From NCBI GenBank assembly GCA_965225945.1, contig CBDDBZ010000038.1, positions 32,001 through 96,000 of the forward strand: DNA of 64,000 nt, written 5' to 3'. This document shows positions 1-10,220 of the stretch, piece after piece (the stretch's first letter is position 1; each line of letters starts with the position of its first letter). Source of the DNA: Alphaproteobacteria bacterium (GTDB taxonomy: Bacteria > Pseudomonadota > Alphaproteobacteria > GCA-2731375). The notes below the pieces were generated by a model, which worked only from the letters and a program-made list of their open reading frames with translations, ran no database searches and was not told the origin of the DNA. A program made the position numbers and the translations under genes.

Positions 1-1443
1 ATCACCCGCGATCACGGCTTCCTGGTCTTCGACACGCTGTTCGGGCGGAACGCGCGGCATCGTATCCAGCCGCAGATGGTCGAGAGCTGGGAGGTGAGCG
101 AGGACGGCCTCGCCTATAGCTTCACGCTGCGCCCGGGCCTCCGCTTCCACGACGGCGCCGAGGTGACCGCGACCGATTGCGTCGTCTCGCTTATTCGCTG
201 GGCGGCGCGCGACGCGCTCGGCCAGGCGATCATGGACCGGGTGTTGGAGCTGAAAGCGCTCGACCGGCGGCGCTTTCGCATCGTGCTGAGGGAGCCCTTC
301 GCCCTGCTGCTGTCGGCGCTCGCCAAGACCAACGCGACCGTGCCCTTCATCCTGCCCGAGCGCCTGGCCGAGACCGATCCCTTCGTCGAGATCGAGACCG
401 CCATCGGCTCCGGCCCGTTCATCGCCGAGACGGCCAGCGACCTGCCATCGCTCACCGCCGCGTATCGCCGCAACCCTGACTATCGCCCCCGCGAGGAGGC
501 GGCGAGCGGCACCGCGGGCGGCAAACGGGTTCGGATCGACCGCCTGGAATGGTACCGCGTCGAGGACGAGGATGCCGCCTTCCAGGCGCTGGTCGAGGGG
601 CGCCACGACTTCATGGCCGGCGTCCCCTTCTCGCTCCTGGCCCGCCTGTCGAAAGCGGCAAGGCAGAACGTCTTCCTGCTGGCGACGGAACCGGTGGGGC
701 ACCAGGCTTGGCTCCGCGTCAATCACCTCTATCCCCCCTTCGACGATCCACGCGCGCGCCGGTCGCTTCAAATCCTCGTCGACCAAGCGCTGTACATGCG
801 CGCCCTCGTCGGCGATCACCCCCAGTTCTTCCGAAGCTGCGCGGCGTTCTTCGGATGCGGCACGCCCTATGCGGACGACGGCGGGGGCGAGGCGGTGTTG
901 GGGCATGATCTCTCCCGGGCGCGGCGCCTACTCCGCGCCGCCGGCTACGAGGGCGAGGAGATCGTGCTGCTACGGCCGAGCGGTATTCCGGACATTGCGC
1001 GACTCTCGGAGATCACCGAGGATCTGCTGAGGCGCGCCGGCGCCGAGGTGCGGGTCGTGGCGGCGAGCTGGGAGCGCTTCGCCCGGCGTCGCGACAGCCG
1101 GGAGGCGCCGGAAAACGGCGGCTGGCACCTCTTCCACACGCTATGGAGTGCCGCCAACATCGCCGATCCGCAGACCAACGTCGGCGTCTGGGCCGGCTGC
1201 ACCGAGGGCGCCTGGTTCGGCTGGCCGTGCGACGACGAGATCGAGGCGCTGCGCCGGCGCTTCGTGGGCACGATGGACGGAAAAGCACGGGTCGACATCG
1301 CGCGGCGTATCCAGGCCCGCGCGCACGAGGTGGTAACCTACGTGCCCTTGGGCGAGTTCCGTCGCCCGAGTGCCTATCGCGGCAACCTGTCAGGCATGGT
1401 CGAGGCGCCGGTGCCGGTGTTCTGGAATATCGAGAAGCGGTGA
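1..1443 (+). CDS. ABC transporter substrate-binding protein, family 5 (OppA/DppA-like), 5'-partial
   Basis: Frame open from base 1 (ITRDHGFLVFDTLF..QPQM); motifs FTLRPGLRFHDG, IGSGPF, PVFWNIEK. Confidence 0.9.
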   Translation: MTRDHGFLVFDTLFGRNARHRIQPQMVESWEVSEDGLAYSFTLRPGLRFHDGAEVTATDCVVSLIRWAARDALGQAIMDRVLELKALDRRRFRIVLREPFALLLSALAKTNATVPFILPERLAETDPFVEIETAIGSGPFIAETASDLPSLTAAYRRNPDYRPREEAASGTAGGKRVRIDRLEWYRVEDEDAAFQALVEGRHDFMAGVPFSLLARLSKAARQNVFLLATEPVGHQAWLRVNHLYPPFDDPRARRSLQILVDQALYMRALVGDHPQFFRSCAAFFGCGTPYADDGGGEAVLGHDLSRARRLLRAAGYEGEEIVLLRPSGIPDIARLSEITEDLLRRAGAEVRVVAASWERFARRRDSREAPENGGWHLFHTLWSAANIADPQTNVGVWAGCTEGAWFGWPCDDEIEALRRRFVGTMDGKARVDIARRIQARAHEVVTYVPLGEFRRPSAYRGNLSGMVEAPVPVFWNIEKR

Positions 1444-1473
1444 GGCCTCGCCGCGCGAGTCGGAGAACCGAAA

Positions 1474-1905
1474 ATGAGCAGCGACGAGATCAGAGCGAGG
1501 GGCGGCTGTCACTGCGGCGCCGTCCGCTTCGAGATCAGGGGTCCACTCCGCGATGTCATGATCTGCCACTGCGCCGATTGCCGGCGCATCCACGGCCATG
1601 TCGGCGCCCACACGGCGACGAAATGGAGCGATCTCGCCTTCACCGAGGAACGCGGGGTGAGGTGGTACGCCTCCTCGGAGAGCGCGCGCCGCGCCTTCTG
1701 CCGCCAGTGCGGCGCGGGCCTATTATTCGACATGCACGGGCGCGACATCGTCTCGATCTGCGTCGGCACGCTCGACGGCGCGACCGGTCTCAATACGGCC
1801 TTGCACATCTTCCAGGGAAGTGCCGCGGACTACGAGGCCGGCGACGGAAGCGCGCCGCGCCGCCAGGGCTGGCCCGAAGACGGCGACGACGTCGCCTTCC
1901 GCTAG
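1474..1905 (+). CDS. GFA/CENP-V family protein
   Basis: GGCHCGAVRF, CHCADCRR, FCRQCG Zn motifs. Confidence 0.9.
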   Translation: MSSDEIRARGGCHCGAVRFEIRGPLRDVMICHCADCRRIHGHVGAHTATKWSDLAFTEERGVRWYASSESARRAFCRQCGAGLLFDMHGRDIVSICVGTLDGATGLNTALHIFQGSAADYEAGDGSAPRRQGWPEDGDDVAFR

Positions 1906-2723
1906 CCTCGCGCGGCGGTGGGATGGCCGATGGTGAAGTCGTTTCGCCCGTCGCTTCTGTCCTCGCCGCGCATCAGGATCAACGGCCGGGTGTGATGGCC
2001 GGAGCCCCGCGAATCCTCGATCGGGATATCGTGGTGGTCGTAGTGGCTCGTCGCCGGCATGAACCTGAGCGCATAGCCGACGCGGCGCGTGTCGCCGACG
2101 TTGGCGTTGGAGCCGTGCGCGGTGTAGATGTCGAAGATCACCATCTCTCCCGGCTCCAGCAACACGTCCACGGCGTCCGCCTCGTCGTACTGGTCCTGGC
2201 GCAGGGTCTCGGGGATGGTGACGGTGTCGCCATGGTCCCGGTAGTGCTCGCCGATCTCCCGTGCCCGGTGCGAGCCCCGGATTATGCGCAGGCAGCCGTT
2301 CTCCCGGGTCGTGTCCTCGACGGCGATCCAGACCGAGGTCGTGGCCAGCGGCTTGATCGGCCAATAGCGGCCGTCGCGATGCCAGGGCACGATACGGCCG
2401 GTGCCGGGGGGTTTATGGAACAGCGTGGAGCCCCAGAGGATGACGTCGGGGCCGATCACCTGAGAGACCATGTCGAGGATCTCGGGATGGCCGGCGATAT
2501 CCAACCAGCCGTCCTCGGACCGGAGCCCCTGAACGCCCGAGCCCGGCACGTGGGGCGAGGCCATGGGCTCGTCGCCCTCGAGGTGTCGGTTGCTCTCGAT
2601 CAGGCGATCGGTGAGTTCCCGCAAGCGCGCGCGCGTAGCCTCGGGCAGCCGGTATTTCGGCTTCAGAAAGCCGTCGCGCCGATAGGCCTCGATCTCGCCC
2701 GCATCCACAATCGCGTTCGCCAT
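1902..2723 (-). CDS. Phytanoyl-CoA dioxygenase (PhyH) family 2OG-Fe(II) oxygenase
   Basis: PWHRD (HxD), WIAVED..ENGCL, HGS..N, RR. Confidence 0.9.
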   Translation of the reverse strand: MANAIVDAGEIEAYRRDGFLKPKYRLPEATRARLRELTDRLIESNRHLEGDEPMASPHVPGSGVQGLRSEDGWLDIAGHPEILDMVSQVIGPDVILWGSTLFHKPPGTGRIVPWHRDGRYWPIKPLATTSVWIAVEDTTRENGCLRIIRGSHRAREIGEHYRDHGDTVTIPETLRQDQYDEADAVDVLLEPGEMVIFDIYTAHGSNANVGDTRRVGYALRFMPATSHYDHHDIPIEDSRGSGHHTRPLILMRGEDRSDGRNDFTIGHPTAARG

Positions 2724-2742
2724 GTCCGCGCACTACGCTTTG

Positions 2743-3300
2743 TCAGGCGGCTTGAATTCGCGCGTTCGATTCCTCGAACAGGCGCATGTTCTTCTCAAGG
2801 TCATACTCGCCCTCGCGCAACGTCTCGTGGTCCCATTCGCTCCGGGCCGTGTCGAAGAACAGGCCGCCATAGACATGGATCGCGCCGGTCAGACGGGGAA
2901 GCGGATTGGTCACCGAATGGATGATGTCACGCCCCAGCGGCGCGCAATCGCGGGGCCCGAGCGAGCGGGCGCCCGCCGCCTCGATCAGGCCGTCCTCGCG
3001 ATTCGCAAGGCGGCGCCAGAAGATGTTGTCTTCCCGGCCCGTATAGATGCCGATCACCGCCCACATTTCGTGATTGTGCGGCATGATGGACATGCCCGGG
3101 CCCCAGACCACGTTGATGATGGTGAGGCTGTCGGAGCTATAAATTTCTCCGACCTCGGCCCGGGTCGGCTCGCCCAATCCCGCCAATACCGCCGCGGGCT
3201 CCGAGACGGCGCGGGCCACAACCTCGCGCGCGGCCTTGTGACTGTCGTCCGCGGCGATCGCCCGCTTGCAGTCCTCGATGAATTGGTCGCGCTCGAACAT
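2743..3300 (-). CDS. Cupin, cysteine dioxygenase-like metal-dependent protein
   Basis: PHNHEMWAVIGIYTGRE, IHSVTNP, AIHVYG. Confidence 0.75.
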   Translation of the reverse strand: MFERDQFIEDCKRAIAADDSHKAAREVVARAVSEPAAVLAGLGEPTRAEVGEIYSSDSLTIINVVWGPGMSIMPHNHEMWAVIGIYTGREDNIFWRRLANREDGLIEAAGARSLGPRDCAPLGRDIIHSVTNPLPRLTGAIHVYGGLFFDTARSEWDHETLREGEYDLEKNMRLFEESNARIQAA

Positions 3301-3360
3301 CGCTGCCTCCTTCTCGCCGGTTCTCGCCGGCGCCCCGCCGACATCGGTTGATATTACGCT

Positions 3361-4332
3361 CTAAGCGCCGCCCACGCCAACCGGAGCCGAGGATGGTGGC
3401 GCTCGACGATTGAGGTAGTTGAGGGCCAGGCCCGGGCGGGGCCATGGCATGGCGAGGAGGGTGCCGCTCGACGATAGCGTGATGTAGGCGGTGCGGAGGT
3501 CGGGGCCGCCGAAGCAGATGTTGGTCGCGAGATCGTCCATCGGCGTGGCGACGAATTCGACGATCCCGCCTTCCGGCGAGATCACGGTGATGCCGCCCTT
3601 CAGGAGCGTGCCCACACAGATGTTGCCGGCCGAATCCACCGCCAGCGAATCGAAGAAGCGGAAATCGTCGACGCCGGCCAGCAGCGTGGCGTGCCACCAG
3701 CGCTGCTCGCCCCGGCCCTTGACGATCCGGCCCGGCGCCTCGATCTCGAAAGCCCACATCCGGCCCGCGTGGGTCTCGGCGACATAGAGGAAGCGCTCGT
3801 CGGCGGAAAGCCCGATGCCGTTCGGATCCTCGATCGGATGCACCATCTCGACGATTCCCGAGCCGTCGGCGCGGGCGTAATAGACGCTGCCCCGGTCGCG
3901 AGTCCGCCAGCGGGCCTTGCCGTGGTCGGTGAACCAGAAGCCGGCTCGGGAATCGAAGACGATGTCGTTCGGCCCCTTCAGCGGCTCGCCCTCGCACTCG
4001 GCGTAGAGCACCTCGACCCGGCCGGTCTCGACGTCCACCCGCTCGATCCGGCCGCCTTCGTATTCCTCGCCCGAAAGGCCCGGCACCAGGCGGCCGTCCC
4101 GCTCGTGCCAGCGGAAGCCGCCGTTGTTGCAGGTATAGACCTTGCCGTCCGGCCCCATGGCGGCGCCGTTCGGCCCACCGCCGGTCTCGGCGACCACGGT
4201 GATCTCGCCCCCGGGCGTGACCCGGGAGAGCGTCCCCCGCTCGATTTCCACCAGCAGGACATCACGGTTGGGCAGCGCGATCGGCCCCTCGGGAAAGCGC
4301 AGCCCGGTCGCGACGACCTGCTGCTCGCTCAT
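3361..4332 (-). CDS. SMP-30/gluconolactonase family protein
   Basis: FPEGP, GPNG, GPND, PNGIGLS, FDSLAVD, TNICFGG. Confidence 0.9.
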   Translation of the reverse strand: MSEQQVVATGLRFPEGPIALPNRDVLLVEIERGTLSRVTPGGEITVVAETGGGPNGAAMGPDGKVYTCNNGGFRWHERDGRLVPGLSGEEYEGGRIERVDVETGRVEVLYAECEGEPLKGPNDIVFDSRAGFWFTDHGKARWRTRDRGSVYYARADGSGIVEMVHPIEDPNGIGLSADERFLYVAETHAGRMWAFEIEAPGRIVKGRGEQRWWHATLLAGVDDFRFFDSLAVDSAGNICVGTLLKGGITVISPEGGIVEFVATPMDDLATNICFGGPDLRTAYITLSSSGTLLAMPWPRPGLALNYLNRRAPPSSAPVGVGGA

Positions 4333-4364
4333 GGCTCACCTCAAGTTCATTGCTTATCGGGCGT

Positions 4365-4826
4365 TCAGTAGGCGACGCCCTGCTTGTTGGAAAAGACGTT
4401 GGCGCCGGTACCGACGCGCATGTGCAGATCGATATCCGGGTAATGACACTGATCGCCCGGCGCGCGGTCGCCGACGACGAGCAAGACCACCGGCGCGTCG
4501 GTCCGGTTGAGAAAATGATGGCCGTCGCCGTCGCCGGCCGGAAAGCCCGCGACCATGCCGGGCGAGAGCTCTTGCGCGCCGGCATCGCTCACCAGGGTCG
4601 CCCGGCCCTCCAGCACCTGGACGAACTCGTCCTGCTTGGTATGCCAGTGGCGCTGGGACGAGCCCGCGCCGGGGTCGAGCGTCACGATGTTGACGGCGAA
4701 GTTGACGAGGCCCAGCGGATCGGTGAGGCGGCGCACGCGGCGCCCCTCGCAGACCGACCTGAAAGCCTCGGGATAGGAGGAGCCCGTGGTCTCCGGAATC
4801 GTCGATGAATTCAACACCGTGCCCAT
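4365..4826 (-). CDS. Cupin domain protein
   Basis: SSQRHWHTKQDEFVQVLEG, GDGHHFLN, YPDID. Confidence 0.85.
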   Translation of the reverse strand: MGTVLNSSTIPETTGSSYPEAFRSVCEGRRVRRLTDPLGLVNFAVNIVTLDPGAGSSQRHWHTKQDEFVQVLEGRATLVSDAGAQELSPGMVAGFPAGDGDGHHFLNRTDAPVVLLVVGDRAPGDQCHYPDIDLHMRVGTGANVFSNKQGVAY

Positions 4827-4889
4827 GTCTCGCCTCCCGCCCTTGGCCATGTCGGGCGGCAGCCTAGACCATTCCCGGCCTTGGCGAAA

Positions 4890-5792
4890 TTATCCGAACG
4901 CGCCTCGGGCGGCGGAGACCTCGGGCTCGGCCACCAAGTCGGCGACCACGCTGTCGACGTCGGGCTGGTGGATCCCGTAGCGCTCAAACTCCATTGCCAT
5001 GTCGAGGCTGCTATGCGGCGGGCGCACCTCGGGCGGGTGGCGTTGGGGATCGGCGGCGACGCAACGGATCAGATCGTCCGGGGCGCCGAAAGCCCGCGCG
5101 AGCCGGCGGGCGAAGTCCGCATAGCTCAGATCGCGGAGGCCGCTCGCGTGATGGATCCCGACCGCCTCGGCCTCGATCATTCGGGCGATCAGACGACAGA
5201 CCAGCGAGAGCGGCACCGGCGCCAGATACATGTCGACGAACGGCTGGATCGCGCGGCCCCGGGCGAGCGCGTCGAGCCAGTCCCGCATCAGCGATTCCGA
5301 GCGGTCGATCACCTTGCTCAGCCGCAAGATGGCGCCAGCGGTGCCGAGCCCCCGGAGCCCCGCCTCGCCTAGCGCCTTCTGCCGGCCGTATTCGGTGATC
5401 GGCGAGACCGCGTCGCCATGCCCACGCCGCGCCACCGTGCCGTCGAACACCTTGTCGCTCGACAGCAGCAGCACGCGGGTGCCGCGGGCCTGAAACGCCC
5501 GGGACAGCGCCACGGTGCCCTCGACGTTGACCCGGGACGAGGCGGCCGGATCAGCTGCGCAATCGCGCAGCCGGGCGATCGCCGCGGCGAGCACCGCGAC
5601 GTCGATCCGGGGCAAGGCCTCGAGGCAATCCTCGACGCGTTCCAGGTTGAGAAACGGTCGCGCGGCCGACGCCGCCTCCAGGCGTCGCGTGGTCGCCCGG
5701 ACCCACCATCCGAGGCCGCGGAGATGGCCGACCAGGGCGCGGCCGATCCAGCCGTCGCCGCCGACCACCAGCACGCGTGGCGCCTCTCTCAT
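4890..5792 (-). CDS. RmlD-like NDP-sugar reductase (SDR)
   Basis: Start MREAPRVLVVGGDGWIG; SSDKVFDG; YGRQK (YxxxK); ATGA overlap with upstream gene. Confidence 0.85.
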   Translation of the reverse strand: MREAPRVLVVGGDGWIGRALVGHLRGLGWWVRATTRRLEAASAARPFLNLERVEDCLEALPRIDVAVLAAAIARLRDCAADPAASSRVNVEGTVALSRAFQARGTRVLLLSSDKVFDGTVARRGHGDAVSPITEYGRQKALGEAGLRGLGTAGAILRLSKVIDRSESLMRDWLDALARGRAIQPFVDMYLAPVPLSLVCRLIARMIEAEAVGIHHASGLRDLSYADFARRLARAFGAPDDLIRCVAADPQRHPPEVRPPHSSLDMAMEFERYGIHQPDVDSVVADLVAEPEVSAARGAFG

Positions 5793-6469
5793 GACCGAAA
5801 CGGCCCGCAGCAGAGTCCGAGATAGTAGTGCGCCATCGGCCAATAGCCGGTGTGCACCACCTCGTCGTTCATCGAGAAGACGAAGACGTTGCGGAAGTGG
5901 CGCCCGAGCACCGTCTTCAGCGCCGCGCCCTCCTTGCAGTTCACGTGGCCGACGACGCTCTGCGGCGAGGCGTGGGCCTGGCTCGCCAGCGAGGGCATGC
6001 CGATGATGGCGACGCCGGCGGGATCGAGGGAAGCGGCGAGGTTGGCGAGGAAGCGATCCTCGTCCTCGGGCGCGATGTGCTCCAGGACGTCGAGGCCGTA
6101 GGCCGCGTCGAACCCGCCGGAATAGGGCGCGGCGAGCATATCGTGCACCTCGAGCTCGAGCGGCCAGTCGGCGTGGCGCCGGGCCCGGGCGTCCTCGATG
6201 AAGATCGGGTCCATGTCGATTCCCGTGACCGCGCCGACCTCTTGCTGCACGATCCGGGTGGCGAAGGCGTCGGCGCAACCGATTTCCAGCACTGCCTCGG
6301 CGCCCGACAGCATCTTGGCGACGAACTTGTAGCGCGCCAGGACGAAGCCGAGCCGTTTGGGGTCCTCGTGCCAGACCTGATTGCTCATCATGCCGAGCCG
6401 CGCGATCCCCACCTCGTCGGCGAGGCGCAGACAGTCCTCGTATTGGACCTCCTTGGTCCGCGCGCTCAT
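5789..6469 (-). CDS. Class I SAM-dependent methyltransferase
   Basis: VLEIGCADAF, DVLEHI. Confidence 0.85.
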   Translation of the reverse strand: MSARTKEVQYEDCLRLADEVGIARLGMMSNQVWHEDPKRLGFVLARYKFVAKMLSGAEAVLEIGCADAFATRIVQQEVGAVTGIDMDPIFIEDARARRHADWPLELEVHDMLAAPYSGGFDAAYGLDVLEHIAPEDEDRFLANLAASLDPAGVAIIGMPSLASQAHASPQSVVGHVNCKEGAALKTVLGRHFRNVFVFSMNDEVVHTGYWPMAHYYLGLCCGPFRS

Positions 6470-6488
6470 GTCGCCTTCCCCCCGCCGC

Positions 6489-7151
6489 TCATTCGAAATA
6501 GATGCAACCGTAATCGCCGTCGTAGCCCGACTGGGTGAAGGCGAACTCCCATTCCTCGGGCTCGAGGAAGGCGCGGCAGGTGAGCTGCCAATAGAGCAGG
6601 TTCACCTTCTCGCGCTCGTTCCGGTAGGATTCGATGGTGACGTGCTTCGGGCCCCGCGCGACCCGCTGCATCTCGGCCAGCGCCTGGTGCAGATCGAAGT
6701 TGTAGAGATTGTGGAGCACGTTGATCGAGTAGACGAAGTCGAACGTGTCGTCGGGCCAGGGCAAGCGGCTGGCATGGCCCAGGTGGAGCGAATCGCGAAT
6801 TTCCGGCTTGGCGTGGCGGAGCGCATAGTCGGAGATGTCTAGCCCCGCGACCTCGACCTCGTCCAAAACTCGGGTGAACTCGTAGAGCAGGAAGCCCTTG
6901 CCGCAGCCGACGTCCAGAATCCGCGCGCCCGGCTTCAGATCGTAATGCGCCACCATCGCCTCGGCCACGACGCGCCAGCGGCCATCATAGCGATAGCCGC
7001 CATAGCCGTGCCGTCGCTCGCCGTCCCAATAGGCCTCGCCGTAGCGGGTGGCGATCTCGGCGCAGGCGGCCTTGTCGTATTCGACCACGCGCTCGAGATA
7101 ATCGCGCGCTGTCGAGGTATGCAGACGACCGACGAAATCGACGTAGCTCAT
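6489..7151 (-). CDS. Class I SAM-dependent methyltransferase
   Basis: Start MSYVDF; GYGGYRYDGRW; ILDVGCGKGFLL. Confidence 0.85.
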   Translation of the reverse strand: MSYVDFVGRLHTSTARDYLERVVEYDKAACAEIATRYGEAYWDGERRHGYGGYRYDGRWRVVAEAMVAHYDLKPGARILDVGCGKGFLLYEFTRVLDEVEVAGLDISDYALRHAKPEIRDSLHLGHASRLPWPDDTFDFVYSINVLHNLYNFDLHQALAEMQRVARGPKHVTIESYRNEREKVNLLYWQLTCRAFLEPEEWEFAFTQSGYDGDYGCIYFE

Positions 7152-7591
7152 AGCGCCACCTCCACCGGGGGTGCCGCGGCGGTCAGCGAAGCGAGCACGA
7201 GGATGTCCTCGAGACGTAGGACATCTTGCGCGTCGCGGATCGCCATCCCCTCCAGCGCACCGTGCAGTTCGGCGCCCGCGCGAAGCACCCGGTCGTAGAT
7301 TTCCCAACGCCGCTCCGCCCGCCCGGGCAGCATGAAGACACTGAACAGGATGATGCCGGCCAAGCGGTCGAGCTCGTTCAGCACCGTCTCCAAATTCATG
7401 TAGCAGCCGCCCATGGCGTATTCGGTGGCGCTCAGGCGATAGTCGAGGCCGTGCCGCCGTGCGTGTTCCCGCACCACCAGGTTCTGCACGTGCTGCGGCC
7501 AGAGTTGCCCGCGCACCGGGCGAGAGGCGATGTAGCCGCGATGTCCGCGGCGAGCCGCGGGCAGCACCCGGTAATTCACCGCCTCATTCAT
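7148..7591 (-). CDS. Sporadic carbohydrate cluster protein (LIC12192/TIGR04323-like)
   Basis: RGYIASRP..PQHVQNLVVR..LSATEY..FSVFMLP; adjacent to the cognate oxygenase. Confidence 0.75.
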   Translation of the reverse strand: MNEAVNYRVLPAARRGHRGYIASRPVRGQLWPQHVQNLVVREHARRHGLDYRLSATEYAMGGCYMNLETVLNELDRLAGIILFSVFMLPGRAERRWEIYDRVLRAGAELHGALEGMAIRDAQDVLRLEDILVLASLTAAAPPVEVAL

Positions 7592-8411
7592 CGAAGTCTC
7601 CGGGCAATTGGTGGCTCATGGCGAACCGGGTCGCGGCGCGGATGGTGATCGGCTCGAAAAATTCGCCCAGCCGCTTGCCGGCATAGGGCGAGAACAGGCT
7701 CTTGAAGCGGCAGTTCATCGACCAGCGCGTCTCCGCCTCCGCGTTGACGACGTTGCCGTGCATCAGGTTCTGGCTAAATAGCAGCGCCCGGCCGTAGGGC
7801 ACGTCGAGCCAGACCACGTCCGGTTGGATCGCCTCGAACAACTCGTCCGTGCCGGCGCCCTCGAAGCGCTCGAAGCTCGCCTCGACGCGCCGGGCGGCGG
7901 CGGGCGGCAGCAGATACATGCTCTTGGTCCTGTGGCAGTCGACCAGCGGCAACCAGACCACCACCTCGAAGGGAGAATCCCCATCCCAGACGTCGGCGTG
8001 GACCGGCAGCAGGGCGCTGTCGTCGTCCGGCAACTGAACCGAAAGATTGAGCCGGCGCTGCATTGCCAGCTCGTTGCCGACCAGGAGCTCGAGGCAAGGC
8101 CGCGCCAGTTCGAAATAGTCGCGCCGGACCGTGTCGTCCGCCTGCAATCCTTCGATGACCGCGAGTTTGAGGGCATTGAGCGCATCCGGCTCGACGAGGT
8201 GATGAATGTCGTTCAGGAAGCGGTCCGGATCGCCCGGCGCGGGACAGCCCAGATGGGCCGCCGCCAGCCCGGCGACGGCCGCCCGCAGCCGGTCGAGTCC
8301 GGCCCTGTCGGCGACCGGCCGGATCACGTGGCCGTCGCGCAGGAAATCGCGATGGAGATCGACTTCCGGGGCCGACAAGTAGCCGGTGGGGGCGCTTTCG
8401 AGCGCGAGCAT
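7584..8411 (-). CDS. Sporadic carbohydrate cluster 2OG-Fe(II) oxygenase (TIGR04324-like)
   Basis: VGNELAMQRRLNLSVQLP, HADVWDGDSPFEVV, HGNVVN..TRWSMNCRFKSLFSPY. Confidence 0.75.
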   Translation of the reverse strand: MLALESAPTGYLSAPEVDLHRDFLRDGHVIRPVADRAGLDRLRAAVAGLAAAHLGCPAPGDPDRFLNDIHHLVEPDALNALKLAVIEGLQADDTVRRDYFELARPCLELLVGNELAMQRRLNLSVQLPDDDSALLPVHADVWDGDSPFEVVVWLPLVDCHRTKSMYLLPPAAARRVEASFERFEGAGTDELFEAIQPDVVWLDVPYGRALLFSQNLMHGNVVNAEAETRWSMNCRFKSLFSPYAGKRLGEFFEPITIRAATRFAMSHQLPGDFDE

Positions 8412-9349
8412 CAGGCGGCCCGCCTGGCTATGAGGAAGCCGGAGACGCTGTCGGCGATGGCTGCAGGCGTGAGGCCGGCGTCGGCCAGGAGTTCGTCCTG
8501 AGTGCCGTAGTGCGCGGCGAAGCGGTCCGGCAGACCGAGGCGCAAAAGCGGCGGCACCGAGCCTGGCAGCGAATCGATCATGATCTCGCCGACCGCGCTG
8601 CCGAGGCCGCCGACGAGCGTGTGCTCCTCCACGGTGACGATCGCCCGCGCGGCGGACGCGTGACGCAGCAGGGCCGCCTCGTCGAGCGGCTTCACCGTGT
8701 GCAGGTGCAGGAGTCCGGCCGAAACACCACGCGCTTCCAACAGTTGCGCGGCGGCGAGCGCGCGGGTGGTGGCGATCCCCGTCGCCACCAGCAGCACCTC
8801 GCCCATGGGCCGCATCAAGATGGCCCGGCCGATCTCGAAGCCAGCCGCGTCGTCGGAGACGATCTCGTCGCCCCCCTTGGCGAGGCGGATGTAGCACGGT
8901 CCCTCGAGTTCCAGGGTCGCGGCCATGAAGCGCGTCATTTCGTCCCCATCGCAGGGTGCCACGACGGTCATGCCCGGCAGCGCGCGCATCAGCGCGATGT
9001 CTTCCACCGCCAGGTGGGTGGGCCCGAGCGGCGCATAGACCAGGCCGCCGCCGTTGGCGATCAGGCGCACCGGCAGTCGATGCATGCAGAGGTCGACGGC
9101 GATCTGCTCGTAGCAGCGCCGCGTCAGGAAGGTCGCGATGGTATTGACATAGGGGATATAGCCTTCCATCGCCAGGCCGGCCGCCATGCCGATCAGGTTC
9201 TGCTCGGCCACCCCTTCCATGAAGAAACGCTCCGGCATCTCCTCGCGGAACGCGTCCAGCGTGCCGACGCCGAGGTCGGAGCCGACGAAGACGACGCGCG
9301 GGTCGCGCTTGGCCAATTCATGGACATTGTCGAGGCAGGTCCTACGCAT
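8411..9349 (-). CDS. Transketolase C-terminal subunit (split type)
   Basis: GVAEQNLIGMAAGLA, GPTHLAVED, VEEH..GGLGS. Confidence 0.9.
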   Translation of the reverse strand: MRRTCLDNVHELAKRDPRVVFVGSDLGVGTLDAFREEMPERFFMEGVAEQNLIGMAAGLAMEGYIPYVNTIATFLTRRCYEQIAVDLCMHRLPVRLIANGGGLVYAPLGPTHLAVEDIALMRALPGMTVVAPCDGDEMTRFMAATLELEGPCYIRLAKGGDEIVSDDAAGFEIGRAILMRPMGEVLLVATGIATTRALAAAQLLEARGVSAGLLHLHTVKPLDEAALLRHASAARAIVTVEEHTLVGGLGSAVGEIMIDSLPGSVPPLLRLGLPDRFAAHYGTQDELLADAGLTPAAIADSVSGFLIARRAA

Positions 9350-10220
9350 TTGCCTCACTCCCGAGCTCCGCCAGCAGGGCATCGAGCTCCGCCGCCGGCA
9401 GCCGTGACTTGTGATGCCATTCGGGATTGTTCTCGGCGAATCTGACGCCCTTGCCCTTGACGGTGTGGGCGATGATCGCGCTGGGCCGCCCGGCCTCGAG
9501 GGGGAGCGCGGCCAGGGTCCGGTGCAAACCCCCGACGTCGTGGCCGTCGACCTCCGCCGTCGCGAAGCCGAAGCTCTCCCACTTGTCGACCAGCGGCTCC
9601 AGATCCTGCACCTCGGCGGTGCTGGCGTAGGACTGCTGCTTGTTGTAGTCGACGATGATCGTGAGGTTGTCGAGCCGATGCTTGCCGGCCATCATCGCCG
9701 CTTCCCAGACCGCGCCCTCGTTGATCTCGCCGTCGCCGGTAACGACGAAGACCCGCCATGGTGCCCCTTTCATCCGGGCGGCGAGCGCGAGACCCACGCC
9801 GATCGAGGGGCCGTGCCCCAGCGCGCCGGTCGAGGCCTCCACTCCCGGCACTTTGTTGGCGTCGGGATGGCCGCCGAGGATGCCGTCGTGATGGCAGAAA
9901 CGGTCCAGTTCCTCGCTCGGGAAATAGCCCTTGTCGGCGAGCACGGCATAGAGCGCGAGGCAGCCGTGCCCCTTGGAGAGCAGAAATCGATCGCGCGCCG
10001 CCCAGCCGGGCTCGCCCGGCCGGTGCGCCATCACCTCGTCATAGAGCACGCGCAGGATCTCGATCGCCGAAAAGGCGGAACCGAGGTGTCCGCGCCCGCC
10101 GCCGACGAGGCCCCGCACCGCGAGGCGGCGGAGCGCGCGGGAGCGCGCATCGAGCGGCGGCAGTGCCAGGCGCGCCTCCAGCGCGTCATACATACGAAGC
10201 GGTTCGGGAATCATGGTCAT
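9342..10220 (-). CDS. Transketolase N-terminal (TPP-binding) subunit
   Basis: GHLGS, LSKGH, GDGEINEG, HTVKGKG. Confidence 0.9.
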   Translation of the reverse strand: MTMIPEPLRMYDALEARLALPPLDARSRALRRLAVRGLVGGGRGHLGSAFSAIEILRVLYDEVMAHRPGEPGWAARDRFLLSKGHGCLALYAVLADKGYFPSEELDRFCHHDGILGGHPDANKVPGVEASTGALGHGPSIGVGLALAARMKGAPWRVFVVTGDGEINEGAVWEAAMMAGKHRLDNLTIIVDYNKQQSYASTAEVQDLEPLVDKWESFGFATAEVDGHDVGGLHRTLAALPLEAGRPSAIIAHTVKGKGVRFAENNPEWHHKSRLPAAELDALLAELGSEANA